From positions 64,001-128,000 of IMG/VR virus record IMGVR_UViG_3300037851_000141: a DNA stretch of 64,000 bases; one strand, 5' to 3'. The notes beneath the pieces were generated by a model that did not search any database, was not told the origin of the DNA, and saw only the letters and a program-made list of their open reading frames with translations. The translations under genes and the position numbers were made by a program. Positions 26,413 through 34,065 of this stretch are shown one piece after another (within the stretch, counting starts at the first letter, position 1; each line of letters begins with the position of its first letter). The stretch is from a virus (lineage: Duplodnaviria; Caudoviricetes).

Positions 26413-28015
26413 CGATTGTTATTCCGATTAGATTATCATTTCCGTCATATGTAAATGATTTAGATTGATATCGTCCAGAACCAGAAATACTTACTAATAA
26501 ACCATTTATGTTATATGAAAAAGATTTAGCACCATATTCATCAACTAAATATATTAAATTATTGCTTCCATCATATGTTAATGTTTTATCTCGACCGTGA
26601 ACCTGAACTACAACTGGATCTGGATAATTACCATCAAGATCGCCGCCGGCAGCACCAGATATTCCGTTAATAGATGATATATTCTTATTTATCCATTTTA
26701 TTCCATCATAGAAAAGAACTTCGCCTGAAACTGGAGTAGTTAAAACAACATCAATAAGACCATCAAGAGTAGACGACCCGCCACCAGTTATTCCAGTAAT
26801 TTGATCTTGTAAATATCCACTTATACCAGATACTTCGGATTCTGTTATATACGTTGCTTCAATAATATCTAATCTATTATCTAAACTTGATGAAATTGAC
26901 GCAACATCAACATAAGTTATATAGTTTCCAGACACACTGACTGTAAAAGTTTGAGTTGGAGATTGAACTACACTAATACCACTTCCACCACGAACAACAG
27001 TATTTTCACTTGTTATTCCGTTTATTCTATTATTGAGATATCCACTAACAGCAGCAGTTTCAGTACGAAGAGTATATGCTGATAAAGGTATCGTATTTAT
27101 CTGGTTTTGTAAATATGCGCTAATACCTGATACTGTTGAGTTTGTAGCATAATTTCCAGTAATATTAAGCGTAAATGTGTTTGTTGGTGATTCAATAACA
27201 CTAATGCCACTTCCACCAATTATATTATCAACTTTATTGTTTATTTGACTCTGTAAATACGCACTAATATCAGCAACTTGAGATGATGATGTATATGTTG
27301 TTGAATCTGTAGCAAGAATATAGTTAAGTTTATATCCACTAACCGCCGGTACGCTTGATAAAGAAACCTTGAAACTCGTATTACCTATTTCAGATATTCC
27401 AGTTACAAAAAGCGTATCTCCACTAATCGGAATCACAAGAGAAACAACCGGAACAGAATTGTCTAAATAACTATGCGTAATTGTATAAGTTTGATCAATT
27501 GTATTTAAGTCAATAGATCCGTTAAGAGAAAATGCTAAAGTCGAGTTTATCCATTTACTTGTCGATGAATCATATACCAAAAATTGACCATCTACAGGCG
27601 AAGAAATGTTAACATCATTCAGATCCACTAAATTTGTCGTTAACTCACCGGAAACAGAAATCGTATATGTATTGTCTGGAGACTCAACTATAGAAACATT
27701 AGACCCAGCTATTAATGTTATGTTCGAGCCGCCACCACTTGTTAAATCCGAAACCGAAATACCACTATCAATTATCTTTCCACAAGTATCTACAGTTAAT
27801 ACATTACCAGCAGAAATACCAGTGACATAAAGATTATTGAATATCTTATCACCTTCAATAATCTGAGTAACATCTGAAGACGAAACATAAGTATTAGATA
27901 TTTCTTTTACATTTTTAGCCAATACCTTAAAATTATAGGTATTTATCTTATCTTTTGGATCAGTTGGGGGAGTGCCTGAAAGCTTTATCCCCTTATATGG
28001 CTTTATTCCTGACAT
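26408..28015 (-). CDS. Tail fibre-like protein (535 aa) ending in YD/RHS-like repeats
   Basis: Three ESP-type repeats, SGYLQxQI repeats, an 'IDLNT...GYKLNY' module and C-terminal 'TLTYDGSNNL', 'FSYNINGLL', 'FTYDGNDNL'. Confidence 0.7.
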   Translation of the reverse strand: MSGIKPYKGIKLSGTPPTDPKDKINTYNFKVLAKNVKEISNTYVSSSDVTQIIEGDKIFNNLYVTGISAGNVLTVDTCGKIIDSGISVSDLTSGGGSNITLIAGSNVSIVESPDNTYTISVSGELTTNLVDLNDVNISSPVDGQFLVYDSSTSKWINSTLAFSLNGSIDLNTIDQTYTITHSYLDNSVPVVSLVIPISGDTLFVTGISEIGNTSFKVSLSSVPAVSGYKLNYILATDSTTYTSSSQVADISAYLQSQINNKVDNIIGGSGISVIESPTNTFTLNITGNYATNSTVSGISAYLQNQINTIPLSAYTLRTETAAVSGYLNNRINGITSENTVVRGGSGISVVQSPTQTFTVSVSGNYITYVDVASISSSLDNRLDIIEATYITESEVSGISGYLQDQITGITGGGSSTLDGLIDVVLTTPVSGEVLFYDGIKWINKNISSINGISGAAGGDLDGNYPDPVVVQVHGRDKTLTYDGSNNLIYLVDEYGAKSFSYNINGLLVSISGSGRYQSKSFTYDGNDNLIGITIV

Positions 28016-28052
28016 TTAGATGATGAACCTCTTGAATCTTGTCGTTCATCAC

Positions 28053-28060
28053 TATTTATA
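28053..28060 (-). promoter_or_regulatory. T4-type late promoter
   Basis: Exact TATAAATA 38 nt upstream of ATG 28015; the leader has an 8-bp hairpin (28021-28051). Confidence 0.65.
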
Positions 28061-28065
28061 CGTTT

Positions 28066-28587
28066 TTAGATGCGACCTAATGCTTTCTTGATAAGTCGAA
28101 TCATCTCCCACTTTTTCTTTTTGGGTGCCATTTTCTCAACTTCTGCCATATTTATCTGTAATACCCGGCAAGCAGTCTCAAGATCATTATTCGTTATCTT
28201 TACCCAATTAACACTATCAGGATCAAATGGCAACCCAAGCGCACTAACATCATCTACCATCTTAGCTTCAACAATAACTTCTTCCTTCTTCTCTGGAACT
28301 AAATCCTGCGGCTGACTACGATACTTCTCAGCTAATGATTCTTGATTCCTTATATCTTGCTGGATCTGCTTATCTTGTGTTAAAAACTGCCCACGATTGT
28401 CCTGAGTATATACGTTAACTTTGTTAAAATCAAATGGAACTGGACGTAAAAAACTAAAACTCTTAAGATATTCTACTGGACCATCTATAGTCATTCCAGG
28501 TTCAAGTTTAATAGCAGGATTCCCAGGCAACCAAAATAATCTAAAATGTACAGGGAAATCCATCGTGTTGAAAAATCTTCCGTTCAT
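28066..28587 (-). CDS. Hypothetical protein (173 aa): small N-terminal beta domain plus a C-terminal helical, possibly HeH/Rho-N-like domain
   Basis: Intact ORF with AGGAG RBS; N-terminus resembles the N-terminus of the glycosyltransferase at 45545. Confidence 0.65.
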   Translation of the reverse strand: MNGRFFNTMDFPVHFRLFWLPGNPAIKLEPGMTIDGPVEYLKSFSFLRPVPFDFNKVNVYTQDNRGQFLTQDKQIQQDIRNQESLAEKYRSQPQDLVPEKKEEVIVEAKMVDDVSALGLPFDPDSVNWVKITNNDLETACRVLQINMAEVEKMAPKKKKWEMIRLIKKALGRI

Positions 28588-28620
28588 AATATAACTCCTA
28601 AATTCGGTAAGTTATATTAT
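28586..28620 (-). promoter_or_regulatory. 11-bp hairpin occluding the RBS and start codon of 28066..28587
   Basis: ATAATATAACT pairs perfectly with AGTTATATTAT, which contains the end of AGGAG and the AT of ATG. Confidence 0.6.
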
Positions 28621-28638
28621 ATCAGAAAATATAAAATT

Positions 28639-30405
28639 TTAGCAAATCAGTTCCCATTTTTTATATCCACAGTCCCAAAGTCTGTAGAGTTGGTGTTTGT
28701 CTGCTATTTGATGTTCGGATTCTTGAGAAATACCAAACATCTTATATAGTCTTTTTTTATTGAAGGTAAATCTATGTCTACGCTTCCAACCAGTTATATT
28801 ACCTACATATGAATATCTTACTGGAATATCTGACTTAAAGGTAAATCCATTTTTATCATATACTTCTCCATTACTCCATCTATTGTCACTATATGAAAAT
28901 AATGATGAATTTGGGTGTGTATCTCTAAACCTTTTTAATAATCTACTAAATGCTCCAACGACATTATGGTTAATAAGATTACAAAAACGATTAAGTTCCC
29001 AATCACCTTTTCTCGACTCAATTCCAACTTTAAATGTCATTAACGAGACTATCTTATTTTCGTGTATTAGAGCGTAAGCAATATCAGTTTTTCTATCAGC
29101 GCCTTGAATATGGTTTAGCTTACAAAAATTATCTGCTTCGACTTTATTTATTTCAACAATCGTACAGTCTTTTGCGTATATTTTATTTTCAGTTTGTCCA
29201 AGATAGTTTTTAATACGAGATTTACATATTTCTTGTTTATCTATCCATTCATCCTCAAAAATAGTAATAAGTTTGATGCCCAATTCTAAACACTTCTTAT
29301 ACTTGTTATAGTGATATTTACGATCTGTTATATATTTTTCACAATGCCAAACATTACCACAGAATTCAATAGCCAATTTTCGTTCATCAATGTAAATATC
29401 AAGTTCGTGCGGCGTTATTATTTTTTTATTATTTTGTTCTATTTTTTCAACTGGATATATGCTGCTAATAAAATCATATATTTCATTTTCGGTTTGTCTT
29501 TTTGTGGATTTATAACATTTAGGACAAGTCAGTTTATAGTATTTTCCAGTTATTTGATGCCAGTTATATTCGAATTCATATCCACACTCATTACATTTAA
29601 GTTCAATTGGAGTATCACAGTCAACGTAAACTTGGTCTGGATTTGTTGGATATATGTTATTTTCTTTACAAATATCTTTTATTTTTTCATATATTCTGGT
29701 TTTATTAATAATATTACGGCAACCTTGACACTTATCTAAATTTCTAACTAAGGTTTCTTTTTCATATCCACAATCAAGACATATAAACTTAGATTTACTT
29801 CTCGTTCCATTGAATTCTACTATATGCCAATTACCTTGACTCTTTATATGTTCAATTGATACTGTTGTGATTTCTTTATTGAAAATTGGTTCTTTTATTT
29901 GTATATTTTTATGATTTTTATATTTAATGTTATTTATTATTTGTTCGTATTCTTGTTCAGTTTTTATTCCTAACTTCAGTTTATTACATTCATCACAAAC
30001 AAATTGAGGTTTATTTAATGACCAATGATTGAGTGCTTTTATTGTATGATTATGTCCATTTTTACATATGAACGTTATTTGATCTGTCCACTTATTATAA
30101 TATTCTTGTTTCGGTTCAAAATCAAGATTATATTGTTTGGCGTATTCCTCAATTTCTGTTTTTGGAAGCCCCATTTCTTTATATTTTGTTTCTTTATGAC
30201 AGTGAGGACAAGAACTTATATCTTTTCTACCAGTCTTTATTTGTGATATTGATGCTTTATATGTGTGGGTTGAATTTTTTGGACAAATGATAGTAATTGG
30301 AGTATTTGTGTTGAATGTTGCCTCATCTGGTTGTATAATATTTAGACCTTTTGATAAGAAATATTCATTTAGCAACTCTGACATTTTTGGTTTCGGCCGA
30401 GGCAT
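28639..30405 (-). CDS. Hef-like free-standing homing endonuclease: Zn-ribbon repeats, PD-(D/E)XK nuclease and a C-terminal GNAT/Mom-like domain
   Basis: Several CxxC pairs (CPHC, CDEC, CLDC/CQGC, CNEC/CPKC); 'ELDIYIDERKLAIEFCGNVWH'; 'NHIQG...WELNRFC...VVGAFSRLL...SYSDNRWSNGEVY..NGF'; very AT-rich; own promoter. Confidence 0.7.
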   Translation of the reverse strand: MPRPKPKMSELLNEYFLSKGLNIIQPDEATFNTNTPITIICPKNSTHTYKASISQIKTGRKDISSCPHCHKETKYKEMGLPKTEIEEYAKQYNLDFEPKQEYYNKWTDQITFICKNGHNHTIKALNHWSLNKPQFVCDECNKLKLGIKTEQEYEQIINNIKYKNHKNIQIKEPIFNKEITTVSIEHIKSQGNWHIVEFNGTRSKSKFICLDCGYEKETLVRNLDKCQGCRNIINKTRIYEKIKDICKENNIYPTNPDQVYVDCDTPIELKCNECGYEFEYNWHQITGKYYKLTCPKCYKSTKRQTENEIYDFISSIYPVEKIEQNNKKIITPHELDIYIDERKLAIEFCGNVWHCEKYITDRKYHYNKYKKCLELGIKLITIFEDEWIDKQEICKSRIKNYLGQTENKIYAKDCTIVEINKVEADNFCKLNHIQGADRKTDIAYALIHENKIVSLMTFKVGIESRKGDWELNRFCNLINHNVVGAFSRLLKRFRDTHPNSSLFSYSDNRWSNGEVYDKNGFTFKSDIPVRYSYVGNITGWKRRHRFTFNKKRLYKMFGISQESEHQIADKHQLYRLWDCGYKKWELIC

Positions 30406-30432
30406 AAACTAACGCTCACTTTCGTATATTTT

Positions 30433-30460
30433 ATTCTAATAAACTATTTTTCAATGTCAA
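30433..30460 (-). promoter_or_regulatory. Sigma70-type promoter for the Hef-like endonuclease
   Basis: TTGACA (30460-30455), 16 nt spacer, TAGAAT (30438-30433). Confidence 0.7.
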
Positions 30461-30501
30461 TAAAAATATTTATCTTATTTATTATATAGTTAGTTGATGA
30501 T

Positions 30502-30540
30502 AAAAACAAAAGAGAGGGGATTTTTGGTCCCCTCTCTTTA
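30502..30540 (-). terminator. Rho-independent terminator after the major capsid gene
   Basis: 12-bp stem aaagagagggga/tcccctctcttt followed by a U-rich tail on the minus strand. Confidence 0.9.
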
Positions 30541-30565
30541 ACAATATCACTATATCAAGACTTTA

Positions 30566-31924
30566 TCAGCGTGAACCAGCAAGGGCTGAGTTCTGGAGGT
30601 TGACAATCTTGATGAAACGGTAGTAGTTTTCGGCCCCGAACAGGTTATCACAGATACCGTATCTGGTCATTACACCAATGACAGGTTGGAATGATTCAAC
30701 CTGAGTTGTACGGCTGAAGAGAACAGGAACGTATGGGCAGTAGATAATACCTGCGTCATTGTCCTTTGGTCCCTTATAGCCAACAACAGCGTAGTCTTCA
30801 GAGGCAAAGCTGTCACGATAGATGGTGAAGCGGCCCAGAGTACCAACCTTAGCAACACCTGATACTTCAGTATTCAGTGAAGCTGAAACTGGAGACATGA
30901 GGAAGTTGTCAAGAGATTCAAGAGCAGCAACAACACCTGGGGAAGCGATAACGAAGTTACCGGCACCACGACGAGTGGCAACAGCAATTTCATTTGAGGC
31001 TTTCAAGAGAATGGTGTACAGAGTACGGAACTTCTCTTGTTCCCAACGGCCATCAGCAGTACCATTAGCATCGCCAACTGTACCATAGTTCCAAACAAGT
31101 ACGCCACCTTGAACAGCACGATAGATGATACGGTTCTTGATTTCGAGGTCGATTTCAGCAGCAATCTCATAGGCGAGAAGGTCTGTGAGTTCGTCTTCTA
31201 CGTCAACATTGTGCATGTTGGCAAGGTCTTGTTGGGCTTCAAGAGTCCAGCGAGCCTTGAGCTTACGGGTATTAGCAGTAATCTCTTTCTTTTCAATGGT
31301 TAAGCCCATTTCGCGGATGGTATCAGTTTCGCCACCGCAAACTTTACCATTGGTGTCAAGACGTTCGCCAAACGCAGTTGGATAAGCATTTGAGCCTTGA
31401 GCAATACCAGTACCAGTTACGTCAGCAATGGTTCCACCAGTTCCAATGTTCTCATGGTTGCCATATTGACCAATAGCAGCATTTGAAGTAATTGAAGTAG
31501 CAGTAGCATCGATTGAGCCTGAGTAAGCTGGGTAAACGGTGTTGTAGCCAGCTTCGGTACCAGCAACAGCGCCAGATTGATAACGATAACGGAGAGCATA
31601 AGCCAAGCCTACTGGAGTAAACATTGGTTGTACGCCTACGAGGTCGTTGGTGATAAGTTCAGGGAATACGCGGGCAACGAGAGGCATTGCGATTCCCATG
31701 TACTTAGCGACACCTTGTTGGCCGTTGATGGCTTGGTTTACAGTACCATCGGTGCAGCCAAGGCCAGCTTCAGAAGCGGTGCCTGATTCGTTAAGAACTT
31801 CACGGGCGAAGTATTGTTCTTCGTTTTCGAGCAATTTAGCAGTTATGATCTGCTTACGTTCACTCTTGATGTGCTTGATCATAGGATCCCATTTCTCAAG
31901 CAGCATTTCGGTGTTATTCTTCAT
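30566..31924 (-). CDS. gp23: Major capsid protein, T4 gp23-like
   Basis: 'VGVQPMFTPVGLAYALRYRY', 'EMGLTIEKKEITANTRKLKARWTLEAQQDLANMHNVDVEDELTDLLAYEIAAEID', 'GIIYCPYVP', 'FQPVIGVMTRYG'. Confidence 0.97.
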   Translation of the reverse strand: MKNNTEMLLEKWDPMIKHIKSERKQIITAKLLENEEQYFAREVLNESGTASEAGLGCTDGTVNQAINGQQGVAKYMGIAMPLVARVFPELITNDLVGVQPMFTPVGLAYALRYRYQSGAVAGTEAGYNTVYPAYSGSIDATATSITSNAAIGQYGNHENIGTGGTIADVTGTGIAQGSNAYPTAFGERLDTNGKVCGGETDTIREMGLTIEKKEITANTRKLKARWTLEAQQDLANMHNVDVEDELTDLLAYEIAAEIDLEIKNRIIYRAVQGGVLVWNYGTVGDANGTADGRWEQEKFRTLYTILLKASNEIAVATRRGAGNFVIASPGVVAALESLDNFLMSPVSASLNTEVSGVAKVGTLGRFTIYRDSFASEDYAVVGYKGPKDNDAGIIYCPYVPVLFSRTTQVESFQPVIGVMTRYGICDNLFGAENYYRFIKIVNLQNSALAGSR

Positions 31925-31964
31925 GGTTTTTTCTCCTTTTATGAGGTTATTTTATAAACAGGTA

Positions 31965-33077
31965 TCAGCCTTTAGCATAAGTTGGCTGAATTTTGGAAGC
32001 CCAAGAGTTAAGTTTCTTATCACTTTCGGTGAGTTCAACTTTCTTAGGGGCTTTTTCCGCAGGAACGCCATCAGCGATTACCTTTTTCATTTGGGCATCA
32101 ATAGCCTTTTGTTGTACTGGTAATACTTTTGGTTCTTCCTTCTTTGCTTCGGTGATTACGGTCTTTGTTTCAGTTGTTTTTTCAGTGGCTTTTGGAGTTT
32201 CCTTAGCTACTGGTTTAACTTCCGATTCAAGGACGATATCTCTGATTTTAGCAAAGTGAGCATCAAGTTCTTCGACATCAACACTTTCGAGAAGTTTGAT
32301 TGCCTTGGAACGTTGAGCATCAGTGAGTCCTTCGGTTATGGCACCAATTTTCACTTTCTTTTCAACTTCTCTCTTTTGTTTGGCGATTGCGATGGCTTCT
32401 TTCTTAGCAGATTGAAGGTCGCTTTCCAACTTTGAGATGGTGTCACGGGACTCTTTGATTAACGCATAGCTTGTATCGTCCAGCTTGATAAAGTTCTTGG
32501 AGAATGATTCCATGATACTATTAACAAGTGGTTGGTACACGCTTAACTTAGATGCGGATTCCATGATTTCAGAAGGAATAGCTGATTGGAGTTTAGCTTC
32601 GAGATAGTCGCTAACCCGTTCAATCATTTCTTCCTTGAATTTTTTAACCTCTTCTACAAGGAGGGCATCTTGTTTTGTTTTATATTCCTTAGCCTCGTTA
32701 AAGACCAAGGTTTCGATTTCTTTACGGTAAGTAGAAGCTTTATCAGCGAGTTTAGTTTCTACTTCAGTCTTATATTCAGCAGCTTGTTTGAGTACAGTTT
32801 CTTCGAGTTGTTTCTTGAAGGTTTCTGCTTGTTCAACGAGTACTTTTTCATTTTCAGCAGTTTCGGCGGCGAGTTTAGCCTTTTCTGCTTCGATTGATTC
32901 TTTGAGTTCTTTTTCTTTAGTTGCGAAGGATTCAGCTAGGAGTTTTTCTTTAGCTTGAACTCTGGCTTCAACAGTTTCATTGATAAGTCCAGATATTTTT
33001 TCTTTTTGTTCTTTTGAGAGTAAATCTTTATCGGTTCCCTCAAGAAGAACATCAAGGATATTTTGTTGTTGAGCCAT
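31965..33077 (-). CDS. gp22: Prohead core scaffolding protein, gp22-like
   Basis: Long Glu/Lys coiled-coil between protease and capsid genes; 'MIERVSDYLEAKL' and 'ITEGLTDAQRSK' are gp22-like. Confidence 0.85.
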   Translation of the reverse strand: MAQQQNILDVLLEGTDKDLLSKEQKEKISGLINETVEARVQAKEKLLAESFATKEKELKESIEAEKAKLAAETAENEKVLVEQAETFKKQLEETVLKQAAEYKTEVETKLADKASTYRKEIETLVFNEAKEYKTKQDALLVEEVKKFKEEMIERVSDYLEAKLQSAIPSEIMESASKLSVYQPLVNSIMESFSKNFIKLDDTSYALIKESRDTISKLESDLQSAKKEAIAIAKQKREVEKKVKIGAITEGLTDAQRSKAIKLLESVDVEELDAHFAKIRDIVLESEVKPVAKETPKATEKTTETKTVITEAKKEEPKVLPVQQKAIDAQMKKVIADGVPAEKAPKKVELTESDKKLNSWASKIQPTYAKG

Positions 33078-33108
33078 GTGTGAATCTCCTATTGATCTAT
33101 TCGTTTAT

Positions 33109-33116
33109 TATTTATA
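33109..33116 (-). promoter_or_regulatory. T4-type late promoter for gp22-gp23
   Basis: Exact TATAAATA 32 nt upstream of ATG 33077. Confidence 0.75.
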
Positions 33117-33134
33117 TCTCGACACGCACTTGAT

Positions 33135-33842
33135 TTACAAACTTTTTAAAGATGAGATAAAGTTAGTAAGAGCTTCGGCAAAAAGTTCTTTACGATCTAT
33201 GGAATGTTTAGGTAGAATATTTACTTTTCTTTGTAATTTATTGACACATTCTAAAATAGTTCCATTATCGCCAATTATATATTCTTTATTTTCTAATATA
33301 CCTTCAACGAAACCTTCAGGGGCGCTTGGATCGGCAACAGCATCAACTGCGATCATTTCATAGGATTCGACTTGTTTAGAACCATCTGGATTTTGATTAT
33401 CGCTTAATGAACCAAGACCGCGAGTTGAAACGCCGATACGAAGTTTATCATCAAGGAAGGTTTGGAGCATTTTACCGCAAGGATGGGAGATTAGGACTTT
33501 AGCTTTACCAATACAATCATTACCTTGCCAGTCGAGATTTATGATATAGTGAGAAACCCGATCAAGGTTAATTTCAACACCTTCAGGATGGCCAAGTTCT
33601 CCCATTGAGCGGAGTCCTGTACTTGGGTTCATTCTTTCTTGCTTATATTTCTGTACAACACTTTCCATCAACTGTTTACCATATTTACGACCATTACGAT
33701 TTTTAGCTTCGCATTGGATAAAAGGTCCATTAATATAATAAGATTTTTGATATGAACCGTCGTCTTGCTTGAATTTCTCAATAATAGTTTCTACGGGTTG
33801 AATATCGAAGTTTTTGGCTTCAGTTATGAGAATCATTGACAT
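33135..33842 (-). CDS. gp21: Prohead maturation protease, T4 gp21-like
   Basis: 'YINGPFIQCEAKNRNGRKY', 'MGELGHP', 'INLDRVSHYI', 'IGVSTRGLGSL', 'DAVADPSAPEGFVEGILE'; start refined to MSMILITEAK. Confidence 0.95.
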   Translation of the reverse strand: MSMILITEAKNFDIQPVETIIEKFKQDDGSYQKSYYINGPFIQCEAKNRNGRKYGKQLMESVVQKYKQERMNPSTGLRSMGELGHPEGVEINLDRVSHYIINLDWQGNDCIGKAKVLISHPCGKMLQTFLDDKLRIGVSTRGLGSLSDNQNPDGSKQVESYEMIAVDAVADPSAPEGFVEGILENKEYIIGDNGTILECVNKLQRKVNILPKHSIDRKELFAEALTNFISSLKSL

Positions 33843-33864
33843 TTTTACCGTCCCTGGCGAAGCG

Positions 33865-34053
33865 TTATTTATTGACTGATTCTGCTGCGGCTTTATTGGC
33901 AGTAGCATTAATCTCGTCAATGATCTTCGCCTTATTCTTATTTATACAATTATTTAGGGCATCTTTGACGGCATTTGGGAAGTGTTTATCAGCTTCGACG
34001 TAATCTTCTTTAGACATAGCTGATAAGAATTTTTTGAGTGCTTCTTTTGACAT
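33865..34053 (-). CDS. Small prohead core protein (gp67/gp68 position)
   Basis: 62-aa helical ORF between portal and protease, the position of T4 gp67/gp68. Confidence 0.55.
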   Translation of the reverse strand: MSKEALKKFLSAMSKEDYVEADKHFPNAVKDALNNCINKNKAKIIDEINATANKAAAESVNK

Positions 34054-34065
34054 AGGTTGTTCCTT

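Noticed and set aside
1314-28015. Diversity-generating retroelement acting on the fibre genes
   Set aside because: No reverse transcriptase in the window. The repeat pair examined (12111/13188) differs at mixed, largely synonymous positions rather than adenine-specific ones, and both copies are inside coding sequence.
1314-28015. Shufflon or invertible tail-fibre cassette
   Set aside because: All fibre genes are on one strand; no inverted silent C-terminal cassettes, inverted recombination sites or site-specific recombinase were seen.
30566-31924. Elevated GC of gp23 as evidence of horizontal transfer
   Set aside because: Better explained by codon optimisation of a highly expressed gene and its Gly/Ala content; it is syntenic with gp21/gp22.
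31945-31956. Late promoter directly upstream of gp23
   Set aside because: The sequence reads TATAAAATA (extra A), not the consensus; gp23 can be covered by the promoter at 33109-33116.
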